Source: Perkinsus olseni (taxonomy: Eukaryota). Taken from it: 64,000 nt of DNA. Numbering within the stretch: position 1 is the first letter of the stretch; each line of letters starts with the position of its first letter. The stretch covers positions 1 through 64,000 of the forward strand of contig JABANN010000110.1 of assembly GCA_013115125.1 (NCBI GenBank). The letters are read 5' to 3'. Below, piece by piece: positions 37,555-50,022 of this stretch. A model generated the notes under the pieces. It searched no databases. It was not told where the DNA came from and was given only the letters and a program-made list of their open reading frames with translations. Both the position numbers and the translations under genes were made by a program.

Positions 37555-39474
37555 ATGTCGGGTCCTGGAAGGGGCAGTCATACCGATACGCTTGGCGAGG
37601 CGGTATGGGTCCGTTGTGGATGATGTAGTTGGCGGCTGATTTTTATTGGGAGGTCAACTGTGTGCTACTACAGCGTCCGATACAGACTATAACGAGGAAA
37701 TGCGATACGGCCACTATGCGACATGTAAAAATTTGGCCACTATGCCAACAGCAACAGCTGGGGCTCTAGGCAGCGCTCAGCAGATACGGGCTCGGTGCTC
37801 CACACGTTCGATTACCGTTCTTGGACCACGTGGGATAGTGGCAATATTCATGAACGTGTCATGGCGGAAACTTGCATGTTGCTTTTTTTCGTTACCACGT
37901 GCTGTATTTCCGCTATTGCTGGAGAGCTCGAGGGGGGATCTCGTGAAAGACATAACGCTCTGGCCAATCGGACTCGCTGTACATCGATTTTTGGGTCGAG
38001 GGATGCCTGGGGCCCCAGCGGCAGCTGCTGCCACGTGGCATCATGGCCTCATCCTTGCTTGTGTTTTCTCGTTACGGTCTGAATCATCGCCACAGAGGAC
38101 TCAACACTCTAGGCAGCCCGACTTGCTACCGTACATCGTGCTTGAGCATCATTCTTGTCGAACAACGGGAGTGGGTGGAATCATCATACAGTGGTACGTG
38201 ATGACTATCCTCTGGAATTGAATTGGTTAGTGGCGGGGATACCTCGTCGGTGTAGCAAGATGGTTGTATTACCTCAGGGAAGAGCAAGAGCAACGTCAAC
38301 GCCCCTCTACCACGACAGCAGGGCCGTCGGGGCCGACCATCAATTCTTACCCTGCTCAGTCGACTGGCTATGTAATGGCGTATCCTGCGCCTCGTTGGGG
38401 CTGAGGGCCAAGGAGGTCACCTCAGCCGCTATCACCACAATCATCATCTCCATCGACGCTATATTTGCATAGTTCCCTCTCTGTAAGATTCCGGGCTGTT
38501 TGATCGCCGACTATTTTCTGATATTTTGTATTGAGCCACTCCCCTATGGAGGCAAGTTGCGTGCGAGTGATGTTGTCAATCGTGGTGGTTCTCCTGGAGG
38601 AATCTTTGCTGTGCGCAAAGATATCCTCGATAGGGTTTATCTTATGAATGATAGTACGGCTGAGCTGCCCATTGTAGTCACCCTTCATTGCGCATTCAAA
38701 CTCGGCGGCGACGGTGAGGATGAGGAAGTACCGGAGGATCGCTTTCTTGAGGCGGCCATTGGTGCGGCCTGCAAGCGCTTCCTTGGGGAGATGGGTAGTA
38801 GGGGGCCGAGCTTGGGTTAGAGAATCTCTATCGTCTGTCCTTGTTTATCGATCACGTATCCTCTATGTTGGAAATGACATGTCCACGGGGAGGGAATCGC
38901 CTCTCGCATTCGATACATATTCGCGGAAGGCAAGAGTGCTGGCTTGTACAGGTGCCAAGCGGATAGATTGGACTCTGGACGAGGTCACTGCTACGCCCGA
39001 TTCTGCAGCGGGGGACTTCACGGTACGGGTTAAAGTCAAGGAGGCTCGGCGGAGGAGGGCTAAGAGCAGATCGAATAGGTAACGATGATTGGGTACGGTT
39101 GTTGATTCGATATGTCATGCCGTAGAGCTATGAGCATCAGAGAGAGTTATGGTTAGTGATTTGGATGTTATCGTCGCGTTATTCTCACGACTATCAGACA
39201 ATATTTGTGGATCCGTCGAAAGCTAGATTGTTTGAACGCTACCTAATAAGGTGGTTCGTTAGGGATCCGGTAGCATCACCATTTTTCCTCCTTGATGAAA
39301 GATCCTTCGATGATCAGGCCGATTGCTCACCTTCAACCGCATCAAATGGTGTGGGCATCCCTCACAGCACTCCGGTCGATGGCCTCTCGACGCTGCCGAG
39401 TCTGTGTCACTAGAATTGAGGAGGGTCCGGAATCAGCTGAAGCCCCATCCTCGGGACTGATGATGATCGATTAA
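37555..39474 (+). CDS. Hypothetical multi-exon protein
   Basis: Coding-like open segments (38500-38820, 38850-39080) bounded by GT/AG sites; no family recognised. Confidence 0.4.
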
Positions 39475-39724
39475 CGTATACTGAGTTACTACTGCGACGA
39501 GCCCTTGTTGTGTTGGGTGTTCGGAAGGGATGCAGTGGAGGAAGGATTCCTCTAGTATGGTTGGGGCTCTTGAATTCTGGCGACTGTGTCCCTTTCATGA
39601 TAGGAAAAAATTTGGGATAATCGGGGACGTTGTAAGATCAGTCGCATGGAACATCAGGGCATCTTTGCTGGGTGGCTCGCAGCTCTCCAGTGGATGATCG
39701 GGCTTGGAGGTTCTCTTGGAAACC

Positions 39725-41118
39725 ATGCCCGCTTCCCCGCTTGCCCCGTACCAATCGGACTTCATTGCTCTGGCCGTTGGAGCGGGATGCTTGAAGTTCG
39801 GAGAGTTCACGCTGAAGAGCGGCCGTGTTTCCCCGTATTTCTTCAACGCGGGTAGGTGGCAGGGCTTTCCAAGATAGGCCGTGGTGACCGTCCCCTCAGT
39901 GGTGTTGATGGGACTAATTGGTATCAAGGGGAAGACCCTCCCGTGATCAGGTGGCTTCTCGACTGGAGGCCAACTGCTGAAGCTAGCTGAGGCCTACGCT
40001 GATGCTATCGTGGCGGAAGGAATCGAATTCGACGTCATTTTTGGACCGGCATACAAGGTAGCCGGCGTGCAGCGGTCCCTCGGACGGTCGCGTCGAGGGG
40101 ACGTTTCGTGAATCGTGTGGTGGTAAGTGTTGATCATGATAATATACACAAATTATTAATAACGGTCATCAAGTGATAATAAGGAATAACTGATTGCCCG
40201 TCGATCGTGAATTGGTAGAGGCAGAAGCCTAGAGCGTATATCGTGAGTGAGGTTGGACTTAAAGCGGCCAAAGGAGGTCTTGCATTGTCAGGGTATCCCG
40301 CTTTGTGCAGCAGTGGCGATGGTGTTTGCCTTGAAGCACGGCCGTCCAGGGCTGCCGTATGCTTTCAATAGAAAAGAAGTGAAGGATCACGGGGAAGGAG
40401 GAATGATAATTGGCGGACCTCTCAAAGGCAGGGTGTTGGTAGGGCCGGGGTTCGAACCGGAGACCTTCGTATTACCTTTGAAATTCAGTTGATCGATGAC
40501 GTCATTACAGCCGGGACGGCCATCCAAGAGAGCGTGCACCTGTTGAGCCAGTTCCCGGAGTGTGAGCTAGTCGGGGCCATTGTGGCGGTAGATCGTCAGG
40601 AGAGGGCTTCACCAGAATCTACAAAAAGCGCGGTACAGGTAATGATGAGGTTGAGGACTGATCTTGTCTACTGGGCACAATTCGACTCTCCTCGGGCATC
40701 ACGTCGGTGCTCGGGTGGATCGCCCGTGTGACTCACTTAGAGGTGTGTGGCATCGTAAGTACAGTATTGAGGCGATAGGAATCGGCATACTCAAGGGAGG
40801 ACGGCTGAGAAGCCTTGGGGCACCACTACGGGAAGTATGATTGCTCAATATCGATGGCGAGAGCATATTTGGGTCGCCCGGTTAAACGCTTGATGATCCA
40901 ACTTGGATCGTCTCGAAAATTACGTGGGCGCATGTAGGCCATCATTACGATGTTGTGTGCAGCTGGCGAGTGAGAAGTTCGGTATCAAGATCTACTCCAT
41001 AGTCCAGCTCAACTCGATATTGACCTACGCCAGACAGGAGGGCAACTCGGGTGAAGTCATTCCTCCGGGTATGGATGAGGCCCTGGAGAAGTATCGACAG
41101 CAATATGGGGTGCTATAG
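39725..41118 (+). CDS. URA5: Orotate phosphoribosyltransferase, monofunctional (5 exons)
   Basis: '[21 protein letters not shown]', '[14 protein letters not shown]', '[13 protein letters not shown]', '[11 protein letters not shown]', 'VDRQER'. Confidence 0.95.
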
Positions 41119-41317
41119 AATGCTTTTCAAACCATGATTCGGCATTTTCCGTTTTTATGAAGGAAGGATCATTTTTCAGCCACGACTCGCTGTCTTGTTG
41201 CTTCTAAGATGATTGGTCGGTTGGGAAGAGACTATTCAGCGTCTCTTCAAGTCGGATTGGATGACGGGTGGTATCACTTATTTTCTGGCATTTACTTTCC
41301 CTGAGGTCCAAGTTCAA

Positions 41318-41920
41318 ATGGCGGACAGTATCTCGTCTCGGGCAGTGGCAGCGGCGAAGAGCACGGCGGCAGTTCGAGGGAGTATCGACGAGAGGGAGAA
41401 TGAAGCTGTGAAGTATTGGAGTGAACGAAAGGAGAGTGAGAGGGTTGGCTGGAGCTGGGTATGCTGAGCTTCCGGGGTGATTGCCGCGCACCTGATTGCC
41501 ACTGGGAACGATAGTCGATTCGTTCGTGACCAAGTTGTCCCGCGATTGAAGCCATATGTTGCCTTCCATTCGAACGTTAATGAGCAGTATTGTGGGCGTC
41601 AGTGGGAGCTGACGTAAATTCCAACTAGCTCTTGCATTCCTCTTTGCGGACTTGGGCATCGTTTTACTGCCTTAGGGATTGAGAAGGAGATAAGTGACCT
41701 ACAACACCAAGCAGCCGAGTATAGGAAGACGCTCGAAGATATTGAGAGGAAAATCAGCGGTGGACTCGGCCAACGCGTGCTGGAGGCTCCGCGAGAGGAG
41801 GTCGACGTAGTGTTGAACCGATCAGGGAACCCGATCTGGGCTGCCCGAATAATTAGGAATGACTTTTGCCAGTCCGCATATTCTATGATTCCTTCCGAAT
41901 GTGTTCGTGTTCCGATATAG
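41318..41920 (+). CDS. Small hypothetical coiled-coil protein
   Basis: Exon from ATG41318 ending at a GTATG donor; second exon 'IEKEISDLQHQAAEYRKTLEDIERKISG'. The 3' end is uncertain. Confidence 0.35.
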
Positions 41921-41983
41921 TCTAGCTGGTTAGGATACCTGGCTTTCACCCAGGCGACCCGGGTCCGAGTCCCGGTATCGGAA
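41911..41983 (+). tRNA. tRNA-Glu(UUC)
   Basis: Acceptor stem TCCGATA/TATCGGA, anticodon arm CCTGG-CT TTC AC-CCAGG, T arm CCGGG-TCCGAGT-CCCGG, followed by TTTT. Confidence 0.92.
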
Positions 41984-42654
41984 TTTTGTTGTATCGTCAG
42001 GACTTCACTGGTGATATTGACTTGGCGAAACCGGCTATCTCACGAGACCGATTGGCGGCGCAACTACGACTGCTCGAAGTCTTCGGTTCATCGGAGGCCA
42101 CCCTCGACCAGACTGGAGTCTGCAAGCTCAGTACTGATAGGGTGCTGGACTCACCCCACGATATCACTGTTACCGTTCTTCCTAGCGCTGCGGCCATTGC
42201 CTTTTTTCAGGGTTGGTACCACGGCACCAAGCACAGATCGAATCGACGCAGAGTTGGACGATTGACGACTTCGAGTTGAAAGCATCTGTCGAAGATAATT
42301 GGAAGAAACTTGCAGCCATGCTGGGTGCCTGAATTACCATCTATGCAGGGCAAACTAGCGTTCGAGTTGGGCTTTGTGAGGATGAGTTGTGGGCTGAGTC
42401 TTTTTATAGGGCCCATTTTATCGAATAGGAGACACTGTCGGCACGAGAGAGCCTGCGGGGCCCAGGCGAAGGATCATGCGTTGATAGTGTCGCGTTGAAG
42501 GTTGCCTTCTAGCCGTTTGGCTTTGAAGCCGGCTTTTTTTCTGTATCTTCAACTCATGAATTTACCAGTCACTATAACGTCAAGGAAGAGGAAGTACATC
42601 CTTGGAGGTGAGCCGCGTATTGAATAGCGTTCTCTAACTACAGTACCATCGGTC

Positions 42655-44131
42655 ATGCTATCTCCGGCCAGCTTCCATCACTTTTCGTCGTTCTGCTTGT
42701 GATTCAGTCACGCTTCAATTCTTCATGATCTCACACAGGCATCGATTCCGGTATCGCTCTCTCATCAACTTCGGCGCTTCGGTCTGCCATTACATTTCTG
42801 TTTGACGCTTTCTCGACAACGATGCTGTTCTTTCAGCATGGGCGGCGAGTCTCTCTACAGGAGCGGTTTTGTGGATCAACGCAAAACGGAAAGCAGAGAT
42901 TAGGCATCCATACTTGGCCGAAGGTACGTCGTAACCTTCTAGAAATGCCGATACCCATACCAGTGGAACTGATCCTGGCGCCTTTTCCCGCTGCTGTCCT
43001 TAATAGGAAGTATATTCACTGGAGTGTGCTAGGACCGGACCAATAGCACCTGTCTTCGAGAAGCGCGCTGTGGGCTTGCAAGCAGGATTTTCCCGAGCAT
43101 TCATGGAGCCTCTCGAAGCTCCTTCGACTCCGCCTCATTGCACGCGACGATTCGTATTGCATTTCCGGCGACCTCGGCAGGTCGTATGAGGCCTTACAAT
43201 TGTCTCCACTCAGGCCTGGATATAGTCAAGTCTCACCCCATGGTGAAGCAATTGGTAGGGCCAGAGGTGAAGCGGTGGCGAATGCTAGGTACTGATAATC
43301 TCTCTCTGTGGAAGGGACCCCATATTCGGCCCAGCTGATACTCTCTCCAATGCTGTCCGGCATCAACACATCGATCCCCTCCTTCGCATCAGGTATCGGC
43401 ACTGTTGATCATGAGATTGGATGGGGGACCTGCACTCTGCGGCTGAAAGGCGACTACGGTGATATCTTACTCGGCTCGGCGCAGGGAAAAATAGTTGGTC
43501 TGCATGCCAGGTGCTTGTGACGTTCACCTGGCAGGGACACCAATAGGACGGATGAAACGGGAAGGGTGAGTAGGAGTCACAGCGGCATCGGGACTTGGAG
43601 TCGGTCCTGCGTAGAGACACCGAGGATGATGATGACGATCTGCAGGATATGATTGATGAGTTCGACATCCGAGGGAGTGGTTTTAGCTACTACTGGGAGA
43701 ATCCCTGGGAGATCAAATTCGGTACGTCGGTGGTAGTACGCCTTCGGCAGTGCCAGTTCGTCAACGACCGACCCGCTGGCGCACGCGACGCTAAGAATTA
43801 GTTGAGTTGAAGTTCTCTGTGATGAACCGTGATGCTAGCGGGACTTCCCTTGTCGAGTATTCGCGGCTGCGAGAGAGGTATGAGCTCCTCCGAGTTGCGC
43901 TGAGCACGTAGTAAGCCTCTGCTCGCCTGCGAGATCCTGATTGTCATCGCTCAGCGAAGCAGTATGATTCATTCCCTCAGCTGTCATCAACGCCTTTTGG
44001 CGATCGGTCCGGGCGACTAAGGCATGTGGGGTATACCTCAAGAACGCTATCACGAAGACTAAGGAGGAACTAGCCGACATGGCAGCCGAAGAAGCCGAGC
44101 CGCCCCAGCCTTGGGGCTGTGATATCGTCCT
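42655..44131 (+). CDS. Hypothetical multi-exon protein, possibly Tim21/Coa1-like mitochondrial membrane protein
   Basis: TM-like 'AWAASLSTGAVLWINAK' followed by 'HPYLAEGLDIVKSHPMVKQLVGPE'. Resemblance only; boundaries approximate. Confidence 0.3.
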
Positions 44132-46469
44132 GGTGAGATGACCACTGCACCTTGTCACCAGTGGTGTCGCGGCTCGGAAAGGGGTCCGTGTGGCTGGGGC
44201 TCAAGGAGCTTCTTACGTGTCCGTGCATCCTGCTCTCAATGTTTGGCCCGAGAGACCTACTATTCACAATCACTTTGATAACTATGGATAGTAATGAAAC
44301 TTATAGAGGAGCGTTTTCTCATATAGGAACGGATAGGGACAGAAACAAGCATAGATTCGGAATCGCCATCTTCTACTGCGTACCTCTATCTGGGAATGCG
44401 TCTGCTGGAAGTTTTCCCGCAATTTCGTACCAACCCGTAGGCTTGAGTGATGATATGGTGGGCAAACTCTAGTTCTCGAGTTAGTAACCACCGCCCCCCT
44501 CGTCCCCGATGATCGACGATTCGGTCTCAATATGAACGTTATGACTCAGATTTTCATCGTCCATGCGCGTTGGTGCCAGGTACATCCGACGAACTTGAGG
44601 GAGAAGTTATGCTCAGTGGCCGGGGACCCGATGGGTCATCCCTACTTCGAAGTTTTCCTCGGCCGTACGCGAAAAGCAAAGGATGAATATTCGTAAACAC
44701 GCCAGGGGTCTTCACTCCAGTCAGAGACCGTCAGAGACGGTTTAGGTACAAGCGTGTGAAGGTTGTCGTGGGCACGGCCTTCACACTGATGACGCTGGGG
44801 GCGATCAGAAGAATCATGCAGACGAGACGTGAGCTCTCCGTGGAGCTTCTGGGCGCAACTGGGTCTACTCTTCCTTCTCAGGATTCTGGCGCTCCTTCGG
44901 CTTCGCCCGAGCCTTCGCGATGACTCATCCGGTGACGCGTGCGCACTTTCCTGGTGACAAGCTTTCATCATCCTTGGGCCGACGAAACTTGCTCGCTTAC
45001 TTAGATATGTCTAAGGTTAGTATAAGGCATCGAAGTGGCATCTTTCGGTCAACGTACATTGATGGAGTCATCTCCCTGGGGTAAGATTCCGATGTTGAAC
45101 TGCGCCACATCCCCTCCGCTAGGGACGGCACGACTCAGCACGATGTGCATCTGTCCGGCATCCGACCCAACGCCGATGCGCCTTGGCGGATAACGTCGGC
45201 GAGGTTGGTCCCTGATAAGGCTTCTGAAACCGAGACGCTCAATAGAAGTAAGCTGAGACATCTGTGCCTCTTGACTGCATAACCTCCTGACTTCTACTGC
45301 ATACCTCTCGTGGAGGAGCTGACCTCAACGAACACTATCTTCAGTAGATGCGCCTGGAGCTCCTCCCGGAAACTTCACATTAGATCGTTTCAGAACCGCA
45401 GTTCGTGTGTGAGTATGCCTTTTTCCTGCCATGATTCTCTTCTCTCAGCTGGTCGCGGGGTGAGGATGGATACGAACTACGTGCCGCCGGGCTTTGCGAA
45501 AAGCTGAGTGTGCTCGTCACGGTCATGTTTCTGATGCTTCTAGCTGTGTTGTGTCGTCAGTTGGGGCTGAGCGTATTGAGAGCTGACAAGACCAAGTATA
45601 CTCGAGCATGAACCAGAACGGTACACGAATGAATCATCGCTCGACATCCCTGTTCGTGTACATCGATGAGCATGACGCGCGCTGTCAACAAACACGAGAC
45701 AAGTATTTCCGTGTCTCGAGCACTGTCGTAGAAGACTAATGGTCTCCTCAGTTGGTTGCCTCAGTAGACCGTGAGAAGCGAAGAATCCCGTTCAGCCTTT
45801 ATAGATGTGCTCGTATTGTACCCAAGCCGAACGACTGCCTCAGAGTGTGTGAAGGGTATTTCGTACAGTGTATCTCCTCGTGTACACTTTTGTGTGGTCA
45901 TAATGCGCGTGTATGACCACCAGGAAAGTTTGGATTTTGGCAGCCCTCTTCATTGCAATGTTGACCACATTTCCGCAAAACTCTCCAGTTGTTCATTAGA
46001 CTGCCTCTCCTGAGCGCTCCCAGGATCTCCTTGTGCGCGTTAAATTCAATACTGGAGGGCACCAGAATATCAGAAGGATTTTTCGCCTCTTGCTTCTGGT
46101 CTTGCATATCCGCCCGCCACCGACATGGGTATGCAGAAGTCCTCACGAGGCTGTGAAACACCCTTGTGGCCACTCGTTGTTGCTCACTGTGATTTCAATC
46201 GACTTTTCTCACTTTCGTCTCATTCAACTCAGTGTCTTGACCGAGTAGAGGGCGACACTCGTTAGCGCTACCGTAACGCCCCCTGTGTGAACAGAAGGAG
46301 CCAGTTTTACTAAAACCTGACAGACTCTCTGTTCTGCACTTAGCGTTTCCCGCATAATGGTTGCCCTCGTCCATACCCTTCCCTTGGCGGTAATGGCTGT
46401 GACTCCGGTCACTGCACTGCAGTCGAGTAGCAAACCCAAGCTCAGAGTGAACTTCATCGCACAGGAACC

Positions 46470-47941
46470 GAGTGGAGCTACTCTTGGCTGTTCTTCAGGT
46501 CGAAAGGAAGGTTGACAACTTGCAGGCTCAGATGGCCGAGATGGAAGAGAAAATAGAGTCGCTAACTGATAGAGTGTCGGACTTGACAAGCCCCACCCCG
46601 AAGGTCGGGCTTGAAACTGCTCCTGGAGATAATTATTCGGCACTTTATTGCCATGATGCCTGTGGTGCTGTCGTTGTTTATCGATGTTGTTTTGAAGTTG
46701 AAGTGCTCAACTTGATTGTGGTTATCTTGGTGGAGGATTCATCATGATGGCAGGCTGGCAGGGCGCAAAATAACGATCTGAGCCGCCAATGGCAGCTGAC
46801 AACATGCTGCCATTATCGAAAGATGCCCTGTGGCAGGGGCCTTCGCACACCAACACCTTTCCCTTGACAGCAGTCAATTACGCTCACTCTGCGGTATACC
46901 GGTCATGGATCCTTGAGTCAGGTTCGTGGCGAGTCCAAACTTCTCAATTAGCCACCAATGGATGCCAGGCACAGGAGCTGTAGTCCCGCTCCCACGTTGT
47001 GAAGGCTCTTCTTCATTCTGCTTTTCTCCAGTGTACACTGCCTCCGCGGATGACCCTCCATCCACAGCATGATTTCGGAATCAGTTCTTTAACTGCTTGA
47101 CGACAAGACCACGGGTGTCTTCTCCGACAGCATACTGTGACATCCATCAAACACCCCTGGGATTTGCCCAGCGCGAACGACGAAGAGTAAGGATCATCGT
47201 CGCGTAATTCGTGGGAAGGATGCTGCTTTCTAGATGGAAGATGTTGATGAAGTTGATGGATTCGCTAGGCTGAGAGCCGAAATATCCGAGCTAAGTAGTA
47301 AAGTCGAGACGAAGCTGTATGATATGCACAATACTATAACTGAGCTGAGTGCTGAAGTACATCAATTAAAGACGTTCACCCGAGGCGTACGAGCTCAACC
47401 ATCACTCTCAAAATACCCGCATGGCCATCACGTTTCAGATAGAAGTTTGGGACGAAGACTGTCGGGCTGAGCATTCAGGCACCTTCGTCCACGTTATGGA
47501 GCTTGAAACTGACGCGCAAAGGTTGATATGGCGCCAGACAGAATTACTTCAGGTGTATGCCCAACTAGATTGGTGCTGCAGATGGCTAGCTTTGGTTGCC
47601 ATTCTCTATTTAGCCGAACTAATGGCCTTGGTGTTATTGTCAGGACAGAAAATGGGAAGACGATAGAGATCCATTACGGTGACTCTGAGAAAAGTGGCAA
47701 CGTGAAGGGGCCATCAGAGGAAATCGGAAGGGTTTTTTCTGAAGTACTTCCCTTTCCTAACCTGCTCGCTAAGATCCAACCGGCGCTCGACTTCGGAATA
47801 ACCGAGGAAAAACGCTTCGACTTGGTTAACGACATCGAGTTTAGGCGACCGTCGAGGGGCTGGACCGCGTTTTACTTCGATAACAACCTCCGTAAAGCTC
47901 TGGGACTGATGAAAGAACATGGAGGTACTGTCCGGGAGTAG
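46470..47941 (+). CDS. Hypothetical lineage-specific coiled-coil protein(s)
   Basis: Exon-like 'VERKVDNLQAQMAEMEEKIESL' and 'LRAEISELSSKVETKL', and a terminal open segment 47582-47941. Confidence 0.4.
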
Positions 47942-50022
47942 TCTATCTTGATATCATGCTTGTTGTGATGGTGATGTATATCCCCGATTTGTCGTTGCGT
48001 GGTTAATTGAACGCCATTATGATTACTACGACGTAGTAACTACGCACCCCGCCTGGATGTGAAAACTTAACCTTAGTTCTCGCGGGTCTACGGCGCCGAT
48101 AGGACGCTAACCGATACCTCACGTCACAGTTCCACTGACACAGAGCAGCATACGTCGTGTAGAAGAGGTAGATGAGATGATGAAATCCCTAAAGCAACCT
48201 CTTTTGGGCGCCACTAGTGTTTTCCGTCGTTGACGAAAATGATGGTCACGACGAGGACAGGCAGCAATATCTTGATTAATTTTTTAATTTTTAATTTGAG
48301 GTTCGAGTTTTTTTAATATCTCTCCAGGATCCTGTCGCACGAATTCGAACTTTTCTAACGAACTCGAACTCTTTCTCGTGTTTTTTTAATTTTCCGAAAA
48401 CGAAGTGGTATTATTTATTTCGATCTTGAAAATTACAGTTTAAAATAAAGCGTTTCGAAATGAAGTCTCCTTATTTTAAATTTCGAAAAGAGTATTGAAA
48501 TTGAGGTCCCATCCTTTCAACTTGAGGTGAAAATGGTGTAGAGTGGGAAAATTTTCGAGCGGCCAAATTACAGTACGACTATGCGCCTTGTAATAATGTC
48601 ACTAACGGCATCAGAGCGCAAGGGCGGTCTTACTGGGGACTTCGTATCTCTTCACAAGCTCTCGTCTCTGCGATCGCTGTACCCTGGTACTGGAGATTGA
48701 GTCTAAGAGATTTGGAATAGAGTTCGTTGCCGTGGCCTAACAAATCTCAATCATGTGAGCCGCGCGTTATGGGAGTGTGCAGCAGCCGCTCGAGCTTGCG
48801 TGCAAGGCGATAGCTATGGAGAGGCTCGTTGGGCTAGTCTAGGACTACCCGTCACGGCCATATTTGCTCGTCCCACCCCTCACCCCTGTTCCCCGATAGG
48901 ACCAACGGTGCGGTGCCTCTCCTCTGGCCATGACCTCTGTTATAGAAGAAGTGTTATTGTTGTGGCAACAATGTTGTCACTATGGCGCGTGATCTTTGAG
49001 TATTGATAGATGCGTTGTTCTTACTCTCTACTTGCATAGCTGGGCTGTTACGCTATGGCAGATGATATAATAAGAGGCTTTCTCACCTCATAACAGTCGT
49101 GGTGTTCGTCCTAGTGGGGCTACATATCAACAAACTGCAACAACATCTGGTACTGGGCCACACGCCTCGTTTTCGGTGATAATCAATGTACGAGAGAAGA
49201 TGATGGCCTTGTTATGTCAGCAACCCGGGGTTATGTATTCGATCGCATCATGAATCACGATTCATGATACGATCAGCTCCCCGTGATACGTGAAAGGTGC
49301 AAGAGAATTATCAAAATCGTCACATCCATATAGCAGGATCTGTGGTCTGTGCTGGCTTACAGTATAGCAGGGCTCAGCTGAGATCGTCTTGCGCATGCGT
49401 GCATACCACCAATCCTTGATGTGAGCTGGAGATTCGACGCGGATTTCTGGAAGTGTGGGCGACGCCCACTGGGCATGAAATCGTCAAAACGGCTGGTGGT
49501 ATTTGAGTAGCTCCTCGCCGCTCCTCGAGCATTTCCCTGTCAGTGAGAGGCTCCCAGGAATTCTGGGCCAGAATCAGACATCCCAACGAGAGACTGGTTT
49601 AGCACGCATGCACAAGGAGTTATCGGTCCGCTTACAGTCGGTTCATAGTGAGAAGGTGGTACGGATTACTGGCAGCGCGCAGTGACCCGAGCATCGAGTT
49701 GCAATCTACACAGTAGTTGGTCTCCACTACTGCGCCCTTTGTGTCGAGAGACGCGGCTAGTGTACCACCGTGGACCATCACGCGCAGCAGCATGATGTAT
49801 AAGGAAAGCTTCGATTGGACTGTTGATCTCGATCGGACTAATGAGTACGAAATCATCATCAGATATCGTCATCCTCATTTTCTGTTGGATAATGATTTCT
49901 ATAACTAAATGTAGAGTGACAGAGTTCTATTTTCTACAACTCTGATGCTCCGACGATAGCTAGTTGTCACTGAGGCGGATCGCATTTGAGCCCCAAGCCT
50001 TTTGACGGTGTTGACTCGTCAC

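Noticed and set aside
40439-40488. tRNA T-arm-like fragments (also about 35155-35180 and 62053-62120)
   Set aside because: Only GGTTCGA-type cores; no complete cloverleaf or consistent stems can be built.
44640-46200. Possible minus-strand gene (also 52040-52900)
   Set aside because: Exon-like fragments exist but no coherent model or recognisable domain could be built.
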